Source of the DNA: Eledone cirrhosa
Lineage: Eukaryota
Direction: 5' to 3'
Assembly (NCBI GenBank): GCA_964016885.1
Contig: OZ024755.1
Coordinates: 15,996,001-16,060,000 of the forward strand
Length of the DNA stretch: 64,000 nt
The notes under the pieces are model-generated. The model was not told the DNA's origin. It did no database searches and saw only the letters and a program-made list of their open reading frames with translations. The translations under genes and the position numbers were made by a program. Shown here in pieces: positions 51,484 through 64,000 of the stretch; the stretch's first letter is position 1, and every line of letters starts with the position of its first letter.

Positions 51484-51566
51484 GTATACTCCAGTCCTAC
51501 AAACTGTAGAGTGCTTCTTATCCGATATCTGCATTGCTTTATTGTACTACAATAAAACTCACCTCC

Positions 51567-51602
<36 letters not shown>

Positions 51603-52289
51603 CACACACACACTTATGTATGTATGAGAACTCAGATGCTAGTACTGTATATTGATAAGGGGAAGTTTATACAATTATCCACATCTTATGCAGTGAGGTG
51701 GAAAGTGGAAAGCGTGACATTTCTATCATACAAATATCCACATAGATACTACATCCAGAATCAATTTGGACAATAAAATAATGACAGAGAAGAGACAGAC
51801 ACTAGAAGACAGGGGAGAGAATGAGGAGGAGGAGGAGGTGGTGGCAGCGGCAGAGGGGGAGGTTGGCACTCCAGCAACAGTTGAAGTCATTCTTGTAAGA
51901 ATGGAGTTGATGACGATTATGAAAACAACTATGGCAACGATGCCAGTGATGTTAAGTAAAGAACTACACACAAGATATATCTATAACTATAACTATATAT
52001 ATATATAAACATATAAACACACATATGCACATGAACACACACATATATACACACACAACATTTCTTACATCTATAGTTTCAATGAGTTGCCTTCAGCAAA
52101 GTCAAATAAAGTAGTATTTAATTACAGTTATACATGAATATGTCTACCAGTTTATATACATACATACATACATATATGAAATGAAAGGCAAACTGTATGA
52201 TGCATTTATACTAACAACAATGTTGCACAGTAGCGAGAGCTGGGCACTGTGTGCTGAGGACTTGCGAAGATTGGAGTGTGTTTTATTAT

Positions 52290-52935
52290 GTTATCAGCAG
52301 GTTACCAGACATTGACTTGACTGAAGAGCCCTCCTTACTCTTCTATATTGATTGAATATTTCCCTTATTGTACAAATGATGTAGTGCCGATGGTGGCGTT
52401 AGATAGAGGAGAGTTTGAGCTTTTCAAGTCACAATAAGTAATCAATGGCTATCATACCAGGTATCACTTTTGCAATTGACATCTGAGGGGCTTCAATTTT
52501 CATAATACAGCAGGCATTAGCATTTAATTAAGGGCTGGGAAAAGGTAGAGAAGAGAAGGATAGAGGTATGAATATCTCTAAACTGGAAAGTTAAAAAAAT
52601 CCATGAATATATCCTGCAGGCCATGTCAATTTTTTTTTTTTTTTTTTTATGTGGGTATTCCACTTTAAGTTGTTATCAACAGTTATCCTGAGATTTCTAG
52701 TATTATTTGATGTCCAATGCTTTTGCCTGGAGAGGGGTCGGGGGGGGGGGGGGGGGTATGCCAGCTTAGGTGCATCCTTTTTTCTTAAGTAGATTATCTC
52801 AACATTTATCTCATTTAGCAGCACGTTGTATTTTCCTGCCCAATGTTGAGGGTTTACTGCACTAATACAGCCCAGATCAATCATATGAGGATCACTGAGA
52901 ACAGAGCAGTATTGTTTCTGCAGAATTTCACCCAT
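52290..52935 (-). mobile_element. Highly decayed CR1-like LINE remnant
   Basis: EILQKQYCSVLSDP and NTRNLRITVDNNLKWNTHI resemble CR1 ORF2 segments (RDLGV.VD..L.W..HI). Confidence 0.55.
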
Positions 52936-55564
52936 GTTTTTAATATCATTATTGTTTCTACTTTTGGCACAAGGCCAGCAATTACCCAGTACATTACTGG
53001 TACTTTATTTTATCGACCCCGTAAGGATGAAAGGCAAAGTTAACCTCGACGGGATTTGAACTCAGACCGTAAAGGGACGTAACTATGCTGGAAAGCATGG
53101 CGTCCGACTCTCTACCGATACTGCCAATCCACCGCCCACCGTTTTTAATATCATTATGGAGAATGTTGTTTTGATCAATCAGAGGGCCAGTGGATGAATT
53201 AGTGACCTTATACATTTTGACAAATAAGAATAACACTTAGGGATTGAGTTTAATTATTTCCATGGTCCAGTTCTCTTCAGATGTTCTTTGGTTTTTGATA
53301 ATAATGCACACACAGTTTTGAATATTATATATTTTTTTATTTAAACAATATATATTATAGCTGTTGAATAGAAGTGTTGCTGCTGGCAATATTTTAGTTG
53401 GTTGATTTTAAAAAAAGATTTTTAAGAGTTTTTTATCTTTCTAATAAGAGTGTTTCTATCTCTAGGCAATATTTTAGTTGGTTGATTTAAAAAAAATTAT
53501 GAAGTCTTTTTATTTTTCTGATAAGAATTTTTCTATCTCTAAGGAGTCTGCACTTAATTTTGTTCATGAATCATGATTGAATGTGGCCTGAGTATATATT
53601 TATAACAGTATCTACAAATAGCTGCCAAATGTTTTGATGTTGTAGGGGATAAGTGTGCGTATGTGAAAGACCAATCAATATGAAAGATCATGAATGATTG
53701 CATCCTATGTTGGAACTATGAAAATCCATATTATCAAATAGGTAGGCTAGAGTGTATGTATGTGGGTGTTTAACTTTTCATTGCTAGAATCAGTGAGTAT
53801 TTTGAGCTGTGATCGTGTCACAGCTACTTTAGTAACCATGTAAGAAAATCATACACTATAAAAAGTTTAAAGTCTGTCTCAAGCTCAGAGGCTCATCAGG
53901 CTGGTGCTTATCCTGGTTCTATGGTGTTAAGTGACCGAGAGTACAAAACTCCCTTGTGGACAGGGTACTAGTCGTGTGCAGGGTTAAACCCCCAGCTATT
54001 GCTGGTACTCATTTTCAGTTGAGTATACTGGAGCAACATGAAATGAAGTGTTTTGCTTGAGAACACAATACACAACCCAGTTCATAGCATTATAATCATA
54101 AGTCCAACATCCTTACCACTAAGCCACATGTTGCCACCATATACTATAACATTTCAAGATTTATTAATCCATCATCAGTGATGTTTCCTTACTCAGTACT
54201 GAAGCAATAAAGCTAAAGTTTCTTATATATAGAATTTTGCAAATAATACATTTATGGAAATGCTTATCTACATATAATGCAGGCTTGTAGAAATGAGAGT
54301 CCTTCAGCGTTAATGCAATGTCAGATAAGGACACCATTGTCAATGTTGTGTGCTATTGACAATCCGTTAACAAATATATTTAAATCAGGTGGTATTTCTG
54401 AAAGAACTTGATATCTAATACAAAATGTCAGAAATATTTTATTAGCTATGAAGAATGCCAGAGCTGTTCAAGTGCACAATGGCCAAATAAAGAAATGTGC
54501 TGAGGAAGATGAACAAAGTAGAGTAAAAAAAATGTACAGCAATATTGAAAAAAAAAATAGCTCTCCTCTAATGATCAAAATGTTGATTTATAAGAAAAGA
54601 TGAACAGTGATGAGTTTTTGGTCAATAAATCTAATGTTGAAGTCAATGTTAGACCACAAAAAAATGATCTGAGAAGAAGCCAAAGAGTAAAACAAGGCCT
54701 GCTTTCCAAACCAATTCAGGGAGATGTAAAATGATATCATCATCAACCTTTCTAGCAAGGGCTGGACATGTCGTCACAGATCAGTCAGTACTCAAGCAGT
54801 GGGCTGGGGACCCAACATATGATCTTGTGCTCTACTGAGTGCATTTTATTGTGGCACCATCACTGGTGAAGTTGTCATGTCAATGGCAAAACTGAATAGC
54901 TTTCCAAGGCTGCAATCCCTTCCTATCGTCAATAACTTTACAGACTGTATTGGGTGATTGTTTATTGTGTAGATCATTAACAGTAGGGAGGGTGTCGTGT
55001 CTATGGAACAGCTGAAGAGTCCTCTCAACATTTTCTCTGAGAATTTGAAATATTTCATATTTATGTTGTTGTATTAGATGGTTGATTTGACTGAGTGATA
55101 AAAGCATTGAATATCTGTTTCACATTTCTGCGTTCTGAGTTCAAATACTACTGAGGTCCAGTGCTGGTACAGCTCTCTCTTTCCTTCCAGCTGTCATGTC
55201 AGGGATGTTCTGCTGAATCAAGGAATAGAGGGTTGAAAGGATGTGTAGCAGTAATATAAATGTTACGGATGTCTGTGTCTGCACTGCTTATGTCTGTAAG
55301 GGCATCTAAAACCTTTACTGAAACCATCATACATACTAACAAATCATACTGTGAATTACATGCCAACGATTTTAGCCTGGATTAAGAGATGCATTTCTTA
55401 ACAAGTGAAATTTAAACTTTTCCCATTGATCACTATAAAAAAGACCTATGACTCAGAACAAAAAATTGATTGACAATAATAAATTTGGTATGGTATGGTC
55501 TTGTAACTCCTGGTCGAGTTGTAGGGGTACTTTAAGCCTGGGCATTTTAAGCCTGACAGAGCAT

Positions 55565-55870
55565 ACACACACGTGGACATGCCCACAAAGTAAGAAAACA
55601 GCACAGTTCCCATGACTTTCGGAAACATTTTTTCACGCTCAGAGTTGCTGAAGCATGGAACAAACTACCTGCATCAGTTGTTAGCTGTCGAGACGCTGCA
55701 TCCTTTAAGGCCTCCATGCTTCCCGAGATCCGCCAACACTACAGCTAACACATACAAACATGTACTTCCCTGGCATTTGTGTATTATTCTATGTACTATA
55801 TTGACGAGTTGTAGTGCACCTGAGCACTTTACACAATAATTTCATTATTATTATTATTATTATTATTATA
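55565..55870 (+). mobile_element. Young 3' fragment of the CR1 LINE family
   Basis: Almost identical to 10744-11035, with (ATT)n tail. Confidence 0.92.
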
Positions 55871-56172
55871 AAAGAAGAAATTAAAGTAAAATATAAAGTA
55901 ATAAAAAAATAATAATAGTGAAAAGAAAGAAAGTAACCAATAACAAAGAAAAGAGAGCGAGGAAGAAACACTAAAAGAGTACTTGTAAATAAAGGTTAAA
56001 AGAGATAGCTTACTACATAAAATGTGTTTGCCTGTGCTTAACTGTATGTTCTTCGTGTAGAAGCTATCCCTGGGAAATGTTTCTTACGTGCGAAACAGAT
56101 TTGTTAATATAAAAAAATCAAAAACAGATGAAAGTGAAAGTCAGAAAAAGAACTAGAAAAGAGAGATGACAC

Positions 56173-56241
<69 letters not shown>

Positions 56242-56815
56242 AAACTGGTTTTAGACCATACTGGAGCACCTAGGGTTTATTTCATCGATCTCTATTTATC
56301 GAAACGTTACGTTCCGGGACATGAAGCGACATAACATTTGTTTTAACTGATGTAAATATAAGCATAGACACATACATTAATTGTGTGTTTGTGTGTGTAT
56401 GACAGGTTCAAGAAATAGAGAGAAGAGACTAGAGAAATCGAGAAGCTGGATTGAGGGAAAGCGAAGAATAAGACAAGACAATAAGATACAGAGAAACGAT
56501 TACAGTTAATAAGGGGGAATAAACCAGGTGTGAGTTACAGTGTGAGTGCGATATTGGAAGGAAGAGGTAGTGGGAAATAGAGAGAGAAATATATACAGAG
56601 GCAGAGAGTAATAAAAAAAAAAGTGCGAGATGGAGAGAACGAGGTAGAAATGAGTTTAGACGAGACATACAGAATTGGTTCTAAATAACAAAACAGGGGA
56701 AAGAAAAGTGAAGATATATATGTATTTCTTAAAGAGAGAGGCAAAATAGCAAGTGGTGAATGCGCAAGAGAGAAAGTGACAGTGTGTTTACTAGACGTAT
56801 ATCTCTTTAAACAGA

Positions 56816-56857
56816 ATGGCCGAAGCAAGCGAAACAAACGACGCACAGTTACGTCAG
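56816..56857 (+). CDS. Candidate first coding exon of an unidentified gene (MAEASETNDAQLRQ)
   Basis: agaATGG start context, 14 codons, CAG|gtatga donor, CpG-enriched patch with tgcgca upstream; no downstream exon identified in the window. Confidence 0.5.
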
Positions 56858-58164
56858 GTATGAAATACTATAATTAATATAATTTAAATGTAATTTCTTT
56901 AAAAAAAAAAAAAAAAAAAGGAAAAGAAGAAAGAAAGTAAAAGTAGAGTTCTTATTTTCAGCATTTACTGGTTTTCATTTAAAAAATAAACCACACTGTA
57001 AACCAGTCCCACAACCACATATATAAATAATATCACCGCGTTAATTGTTTATGTTTAACAGTTTTACTCATACCGTATTTTGCTGTTTATTGCACATTTT
57101 TTTAACTTTTAAATCTTTTGACCATTTCTAATTTTAGTTTCATGTAAATATTATCTTTCGTTTCGTCAGTCGCATGTTTGTGTTGGAAATATGATCTGGA
57201 TTTATTTAGTTAGGCATGTTTTTTCTTACCATATCTAGTATCTAGGTTTCTAGATATTAACAGCTAATCAGCTATTTTACTCGTTTGTTGTCCCAAATTT
57301 ACCTGTTTACACACTATGTAGGTAATACTTAAAACTTTAATGGTTACTAAGGTAAATAAACACACACAAACACAGCATCACGACATTTACTCCCTATATT
57401 TATTTGTGTCTGATTATCACACTTGACATTCCCGACAATATTTTACGCAAAATTAATTCAGTTATTTATCTATTCCATCGAAACAATTATTTATAATCAT
57501 TATACAGACACAATTTATATTGAAAAAATGATATATATATATATGTGTGTGTGCATGTGTGCATGTATGTATAGCTTCTGTGCCTCTGGCACCAAATCGA
57601 TCTTACCGCGGCATCCATGATGTGGGATGGAGCAACAGCATCACTGACTGTGGTGTCCCAGATGAGACACCTACCTCTTCTGGATAATTCAGAGGGGTCC
57701 AGAATTGAGGGGATATTTACCAGAGCTAGGGTCCGTTTAATGATCAGTAAGTAAAATCGAAGTCACTGTTGCAGCATATATATAAACTTTTTTGGCATAT
57801 CACAATCGTTTCAATATCGATCAGCTCACGGTACAATCATAATGGTTGGGGCCCGACTCTTCCTCGAGATCTTTTCAGATATGCGTGTTTATATATTCAA
57901 AGACACATTCAAACTCTGCACACTCCAGCCGACTTAACTCTCCAATCCAACCCTACACGAGACGGACCTTGTAACAGCATCAAGTGCTTTTCGCAGCGAA
58001 CCGCCTATAACTGTAGTTACACACTTAACCAACACACACACATTATGTATGTCTGAGTTCAAATCCCGTCGAGGTTAACTTTGCCTTTCATCCTTACGGG
58101 GTCGATAAAATAAAGTACCAGTAATGTACTGAGTAATTGCTGGCCTTGTGCCAAAAGTAGAAAC

Positions 58165-58224
<60 letters not shown>

Positions 58225-58431
58225 GTAGAACACTGGAAGGTAATATCCGTAGTGGTAGAGCACTCAGTCCATGGGACGAGTTAGGTAGAAGTAATGGACA
58301 TGGTTATAATCATGTCCATTACGAGCTGAGGATCCGCTAAGGTGAAACAATTGTTCTCGGTATGGTGAACTAACTGTTGTGTAACCACTTATATATAAGT
58401 GGTTACACAATATATATATATATTAGCCCGA

Positions 58432-58466
<35 letters not shown>

Positions 58467-58550
58467 GAAGAAGACCCTCACACGTCATAACCTGGGAGCG
58501 CTGGAGTTCCCCTTTAATCAACTTTTAGTGAACTAACTGTTGTGTAACCA

Positions 58551-58588
<38 letters not shown>

Positions 58589-58636
58589 AAAACAAATAAC
58601 GAATGTGTAACAAATATGTAGATGTACATTTTTAAC

Positions 58637-58690
<54 letters not shown>

Positions 58691-59337
58691 GAAGAAGACC
58701 CTCACACGTCATAACCTGGGAGCGCTGGAGTTCCCCTTTAATCAATTTTTAGTCAAGCTTGCATCATTGCCGCGAGTGATAGCGATGATTTTCCAGTAAT
58801 TGTATATTTTAATTGCTATAATTATTAAACTATATCGATATCAGAGTATTACATGCACCCGACTGATCAAATTAATCCGCACTCTTCAACTGATTAGTGT
58901 CGTTAAATGTGTTGTTAATATTTTCTTTTTACGAAATGTTTGTTTTTAATCAGTATGTTTAAATTATTTGTGTATTCAAGTGTGTATGTTCATTCACTAA
59001 TATAGTTTTCAATGATCGTTGGAGAAAAAAAAAATGGAAAGTTGAGCTATTAATAACTCCCATCCCTAATTAAACGGAGTTAATGTCATAAGAGTAACAG
59101 TTCTATCTAATTGGAAATCGAAACTGAACTGTAGATACAATTCAACGAGAACTTGTCTCGCTTCATTGAATAAATATCACACTATATACACAATCCGCTA
59201 GAAATAGCTGTCAAATCTATATGAAACTATCTCCTAACGTCTTAAAGAGGGTTGAATCTTTTGATATATAATACTAGATACAGGTGGTGCCCGTGAGAGT
59301 GCTTGGTTGTTTCGACACCTGAGTCTCGCCATCACCC

Positions 59338-59995
59338 ACGGTAATGCTGCGAGCGTGTTGGCTTGCCTCAAAAAATTCCGATGATCCTTATGGTGTATGA
59401 CCAATTGGAATTGATGTTTTGTTTTTCTTTTTTCGTTTTGATTGTATATTTTATGTATTATATTTATAACGTTATGTATGTAGTTCTATTTAATATTATA
59501 TATTTGTTATATGTAAACAGAATTAAATTTCAAATTTACTTTTTAAAAAACACTAGATACACTGTTCTTGAACAAAAGATAATGGATAATCACAAGTGGA
59601 ATGTTTTTGATCAGATGTCTTCTCGATCTGAACTAACCTAGGGCTAAATAACAACAAAAACAGCATTGCTTTGTTAGGCCGCCCTGCACTGTATTAAAAA
59701 CGAAATTGTTAGTGTCCCAGCAAAAATATTCCGTTTGTTTTATTCGTAATTTTATATACTTCAGAATTTTTGACACCACATATAAAAAACGGTAATGCAG
59801 TGAGTGTGTTGGCTTGCCTAAAAAAATTCCGATGACCCTTGTGGTGTGTGACCAATTGACGCACTTGGTGTTGAGTTGATGGGTTTTTTTCACGCTTTGA
59901 TTATATATTTTTATGTATTATATTTATAAGGTTCCTTGCAATAATTGATTATATGTACGTACTTCTATTTAATCTTATATCCTTGTTATATGAAT
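59338..59995 (+). repeat. Diverged direct repeat, two ~190 bp copies about 450 bp apart
   Basis: acggtaatgc...gtgttggcttgcct.aaaaaattccgatga.cctt.tggtgt.tgaccaattg at ~59338 and ~59789. Confidence 0.8.
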
Positions 59996-60682
59996 GCGAT
60001 GAATTGGCAGAGTCGTTAGAATGTTATGCAGTATTCGTTTCGGCTCTCTACTCTCTTGAGTTCAAATCCACCGAAGTCAACTTTACCTTTCATCCATTCG
60101 AGAGTAATAAAAAAAGTACTAGTCTAGTACTGGGATCGACTCTTCCTCTATATCTCTTTCTCATTTCCATTCTCTCACTATCTATCCTTCTCTGGAAGAA
60201 ATCTGTTGTATTTAGGCGTGGAGAGGAGATGGGCTCCGCCAGGTTTTAAAATGCCCTGGAAATACTGTATATCAATACAACGCTCCTACGACTCCCTCGG
60301 GAGTTATGGGACTATGCATGCATTTGTTATATGAAAATAAATATAATTCTATATAAAAGCCAACAATATATATACTCAAAATTATTTTTTTAATCACGAA
60401 ATTTTCGACCTGAAAAAAAAAAAAAAATACTCGTTAAAAAAAATAAATTTCAAAATATGACCATTTTGTATCTAAAAACAATAGACTATAAAAATGTACT
60501 ATTAAGTCCCTGAGTTTGTTTATAATCGGGATCGAACTTAAAGCTTGTTGTTTTGTTGGCTATATTACTCTATTATGTGTTGCAGCTGACTGGCTGAGGC
60601 TATGCTAGGGTACTGCCATTGTCCGCTAAATATTATTAATATTCTGCGACTTATTTTATTTATAGATATGAAAGAATGTATG

Positions 60683-60736
<54 letters not shown>

Positions 60737-60761
60737 ATTTATAGATATGAAAGAATGTATG

Positions 60762-60817
<56 letters not shown>

Positions 60818-61317
60818 AATCAACTTGCAATTCGGTATATATATATATACCGAATTGCAAGTTGATTCGCATACACAGATGTCAAAATAAAGTGATTTTC
60901 ACGCTAAGTTATATCAAAGCAAAAGCACAACGTAAATACACACTGTTGTCTTATGTTTATAACGTTCTAATTATAATTAGTAACTAATAATTGTTTCTAC
61001 TTTTGGCACAAGTCCAGCAATTAAACAGTGCATTACTGGCACTTTATTTTTATCGACACCCATGAAAGGCAAAGTTAACCTCGGCGGGATATGAACTCAG
61101 ACCATGAAGGGCCGTAATTCTATGCTGCAATTATTAGTTTGAAGTAGACAGAAAGAGAGAGAAATGGGATATTGTGGCATGGATGTATTTCCCAAGAGTA
61201 GAGTTGGCGTAAGTGAAGTGAAATAGTTACAAGCAGGAATTGAAATCGTGTTAAGGGCACAATGCGTCAACACTTGGGACTGAGTAAGTACCGAATAGAT
61301 CTCTCGTCTGAAGCATT

Positions 61318-61603
61318 AACTTCTGATATATTTGTTGTTAGAATACATACAAATCCCAAACACAGAAAATAACTGTAACCACAGTCGATTGCTTTAATTA
61401 ATAGCTTAGAAAAACAGGTAAAATACCTTTATAGACGGGGAAAAAGTGAACAGCAGCCGCTACGAAGAATCGAACTCCGGTTCTGTGTATAAAGATATTT
61501 GACCCGATTTACTAAGCTATTATTTAAAACAATCGACTGAGGTTACAGTTATTTTCTACGTTTGGGATTTCTACATATTCTAACAACAAATATATCAGAA
61601 GTT
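61318..61603. repeat. Fold-back element, ~115 bp imperfect arms around a ~50 bp loop
   Basis: aacttctgatatatttgttgttagaat... pairs with ...attctaacaacaaatatatcagaagtt. Confidence 0.88.
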
Positions 61604-62739
61604 CCTATGTTCCGATAGTTTATTTTCAAAATATTTGTTCCTACATGAAACCTTATCGAACAGACCTATGATCAAAGGTGTACCAGCTATAACCACTCTG
61701 TTTTCATATTGCTTAGGGCCTCAGCAAGTTAAAGTCCGGCCCTGCGTGTATTTGATGGAAAATTGTGATATTTGTGTGGATAATTGATGAAGCAAATAAA
61801 TATTTTAAAGGATTTTAAGGAATGTTTGTTCTTATAGGCCTATTTATATCTTAGGGGAAAAAAAGAAAAGAAAAGAATCCGACACTAAAGAGGTACTTTA
61901 AGAAACTTCAGTTAAGTAATTCGGGTGAGGTTTGAATTGTTTTTATTATTTACTTATTTGTTTGTCTTAGTCAGATGGCGGCGAATTGGCAAATAGAATA
62001 CGTACTTCGTAGTACTCATTCCAGTTGTCTATGCTCTGAGTTAAAATCCCAATGAGGTCAGCTTTGCTTTTCTTTCTTTCAAGGTCGATAAAAAAAAGAA
62101 CCAGTCCAATATTTGGGTCGTTTTTGCCTCTATATCTCTTCCTCACTTCCTCTCTGTGAGAAATAGGGTATGTTCAGACCTGGAGAAGGATGGGCACCAC
62201 CAGGCCCTAGAAAGGCAAGAAGTTTCTGAGAGAGTGTATAATCGATTAAACTGCCACAAATACTCAATTGGTATTTTATTTTTATCGGTCCCGGAATGAT
62301 AAAAGAAAGGCAAAGTTGACTATGGCGTGATTTGAACTCAGAGCGTAAAGATATGGAATTAAATGCTGTAAGACATGGTATTTATCATTTCACCGATTCT
62401 GCTAATAAAATATTGACAGAGAGCAGACTTTTGACATTGTCGAGTTATCTTGTTCTATTGGGGAATATCTAGTTATGTTGGTTATCTTGTCTTTATTGTG
62501 ACAGTAAAAGGTAAATGGTCTTCCGTCGGTTTCGACGATAACTGTTGTTGTTGTTCAGTCAACGGAATGACCTGCTTGTTAAATTAACGTGTAAATGGCG
62601 GAGTAACTCCCTCTCTACAGATTCAGTGTGACACAATGCTTGCCTTTTAGATTACTAGTACAGTCTATTCCATTCAATGGCATATTGCGGTTCGTTTGAG
62701 TTACTGAATGGCAAACCTAATTTCAAAAGTGCCTTGAAT

Positions 62740-62825
62740 TTGTTTAGTAGAGTGGCCTGCGGCCCGCCTCATGATGAGTTTCATCATATTCGGTCCACTA
62801 CACGAAAAAAGTTGCCTAGTCTATC
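62740..62825 (+). mobile_element. hAT-like terminal fragment
   Basis: gtggcctgcggcccgc ... cggtcc ... aaaaaagttgcctagtct resembles Charlie-type right ends; another hAT-like end (tagggcctc...gtccggccctg) at ~61714-61744. Confidence 0.4.
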
Positions 62826-64000
62826 CTATGGGGTTGCAAACAGTTTCAGTTTACCCAGTTTCGCACATAGGCCTTGATAAAACACACTTACCCAAGTTTT
62901 CACACAACTGCACTGAACCTGCAATGTGATATAAACTTTTAAACTGCTTTTGAATTTTGATTTTTAAATATGTTGTTCTCATTTGAAGATAAGGAAATAT
63001 GTTTGGCTGTTGAACTGAATAGGTGGAGTAACTTGTGGGAAGAGGAAAGTCGATTTAAGATCCAGCACTTGACTGGTACTTTATTTTATTGATCTCAAAG
63101 AGGAAAGGTTGACCACGGTGGCATTTGACGTTAGAGCGCAGTGAACCAGAACAAATAGGAAGCATTTTTTTTTAATCCGACACTCCAACGACTCTGTCAA
63201 TGCCCACAAATAATAGTTGTTTCTACTTTTGTCACAAGGCCAACAATTTGAAGGGAAGGGAAGACAATTAAATCGATTCCAGTACGTTACTGGTTCTTTC
63301 TTTCATAGACCCCCACGGTGGGATTTGAAATCAGAACGAAAAACGAAGTAACTATATGCCGAAAAGCATGTCCGAAGCTCTACCGATTCTGTCAATCCAC
63401 CGCCATATTCCCACAAATAATGGTTACTGATTTAGTCACAAGGCCAATAGTTTTGGGGGTAGGAAAAAGTTGATTAAACCAATCCCTGTGCGTTATTGGT
63501 ACTTACGTCTCTTTACATTCTGAGTTGAAATCCCGCCGAGGTTAGCTTTGCCTTTCATTCTTACGGAGTCGATAAAATAAAGTACCAATAATGCCCTGGG
63601 TTCGATTTAATTTACTTTCCTCTCTCCTAAAATTGTTCGCTTTATGCCTAAATCAGAAACCATTACTACTATGGATTGGCAAAATCGGTAGAGCATCGGA
63701 AATGCTTAGAGTAATGGCCCTTTACGTTCTGAGTTCAAATCCTGTCGAGGTTAGCTTTGCCTTTCATCCTTAAGGGGTCTATAAAATAAGATACCAGTAA
63801 TTTAATTAACTTTAGGCACAAGGCCAGCAATTTAAAGGGGAAGGGAAAGTCGATTAAATCGACCCCAGTGTTTCCTGGTACTTTATTTTATCGACCCCGG
63901 CGAGATTTGAACTCAGAACGTAAAGGGCCATAACTCTATGCTGCAAAGCATGGTGTCAGACCAGTCCGGTAGTCCGGTCAACTCTTCCTCCATATTCTCT

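Noticed and set aside
57767-58021. Solo LTR (TG...CA bounded GC-richer island)
   Set aside because: No TSD and no second copy in the window; insufficient support.

Overview
AT-rich, microsatellite- and transposon-dense eukaryotic (animal) genomic DNA with spliceosomal GT-AG introns. The SINE/MITE repertoire suggests an octopod cephalopod (inference from recalled repeat motifs, not tested). Two complete intron-containing genes can be reconstructed by hand with consistent splice phases: FAM50/XAP5 on the minus strand (4 coding exons, 7266->4366, 342 aa) and a NOXRED1-like Rossmann-fold oxidoreductase on the plus strand (5 exons, 31684->40871, 362 aa) with RFX X-box motifs just upstream. A probable first coding exon of a third gene lies at 56816-56857. 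The most striking structure is a ~13 kb array of a ~1.05 kb CT-rich unit (about 11034-24360, with a first partial unit split off by a CR1-type LINE) that flips orientation four times through fold-back junctions, two of which are the same junction. The rest is a near-full-length decayed RTE LINE, a 5'-truncated CR1 LINE, Tc1/mariner remnants, piggyBac MITEs, two complete non-autonomous Helitrons, hAT ends, many SINEs, and several palindromes next to (TA)n tracts. No rRNA, intact tRNA or CRISPR array was found. Most ORFs in the supplied track are spurious. Repeat boundaries are approximate; no database search was possible.
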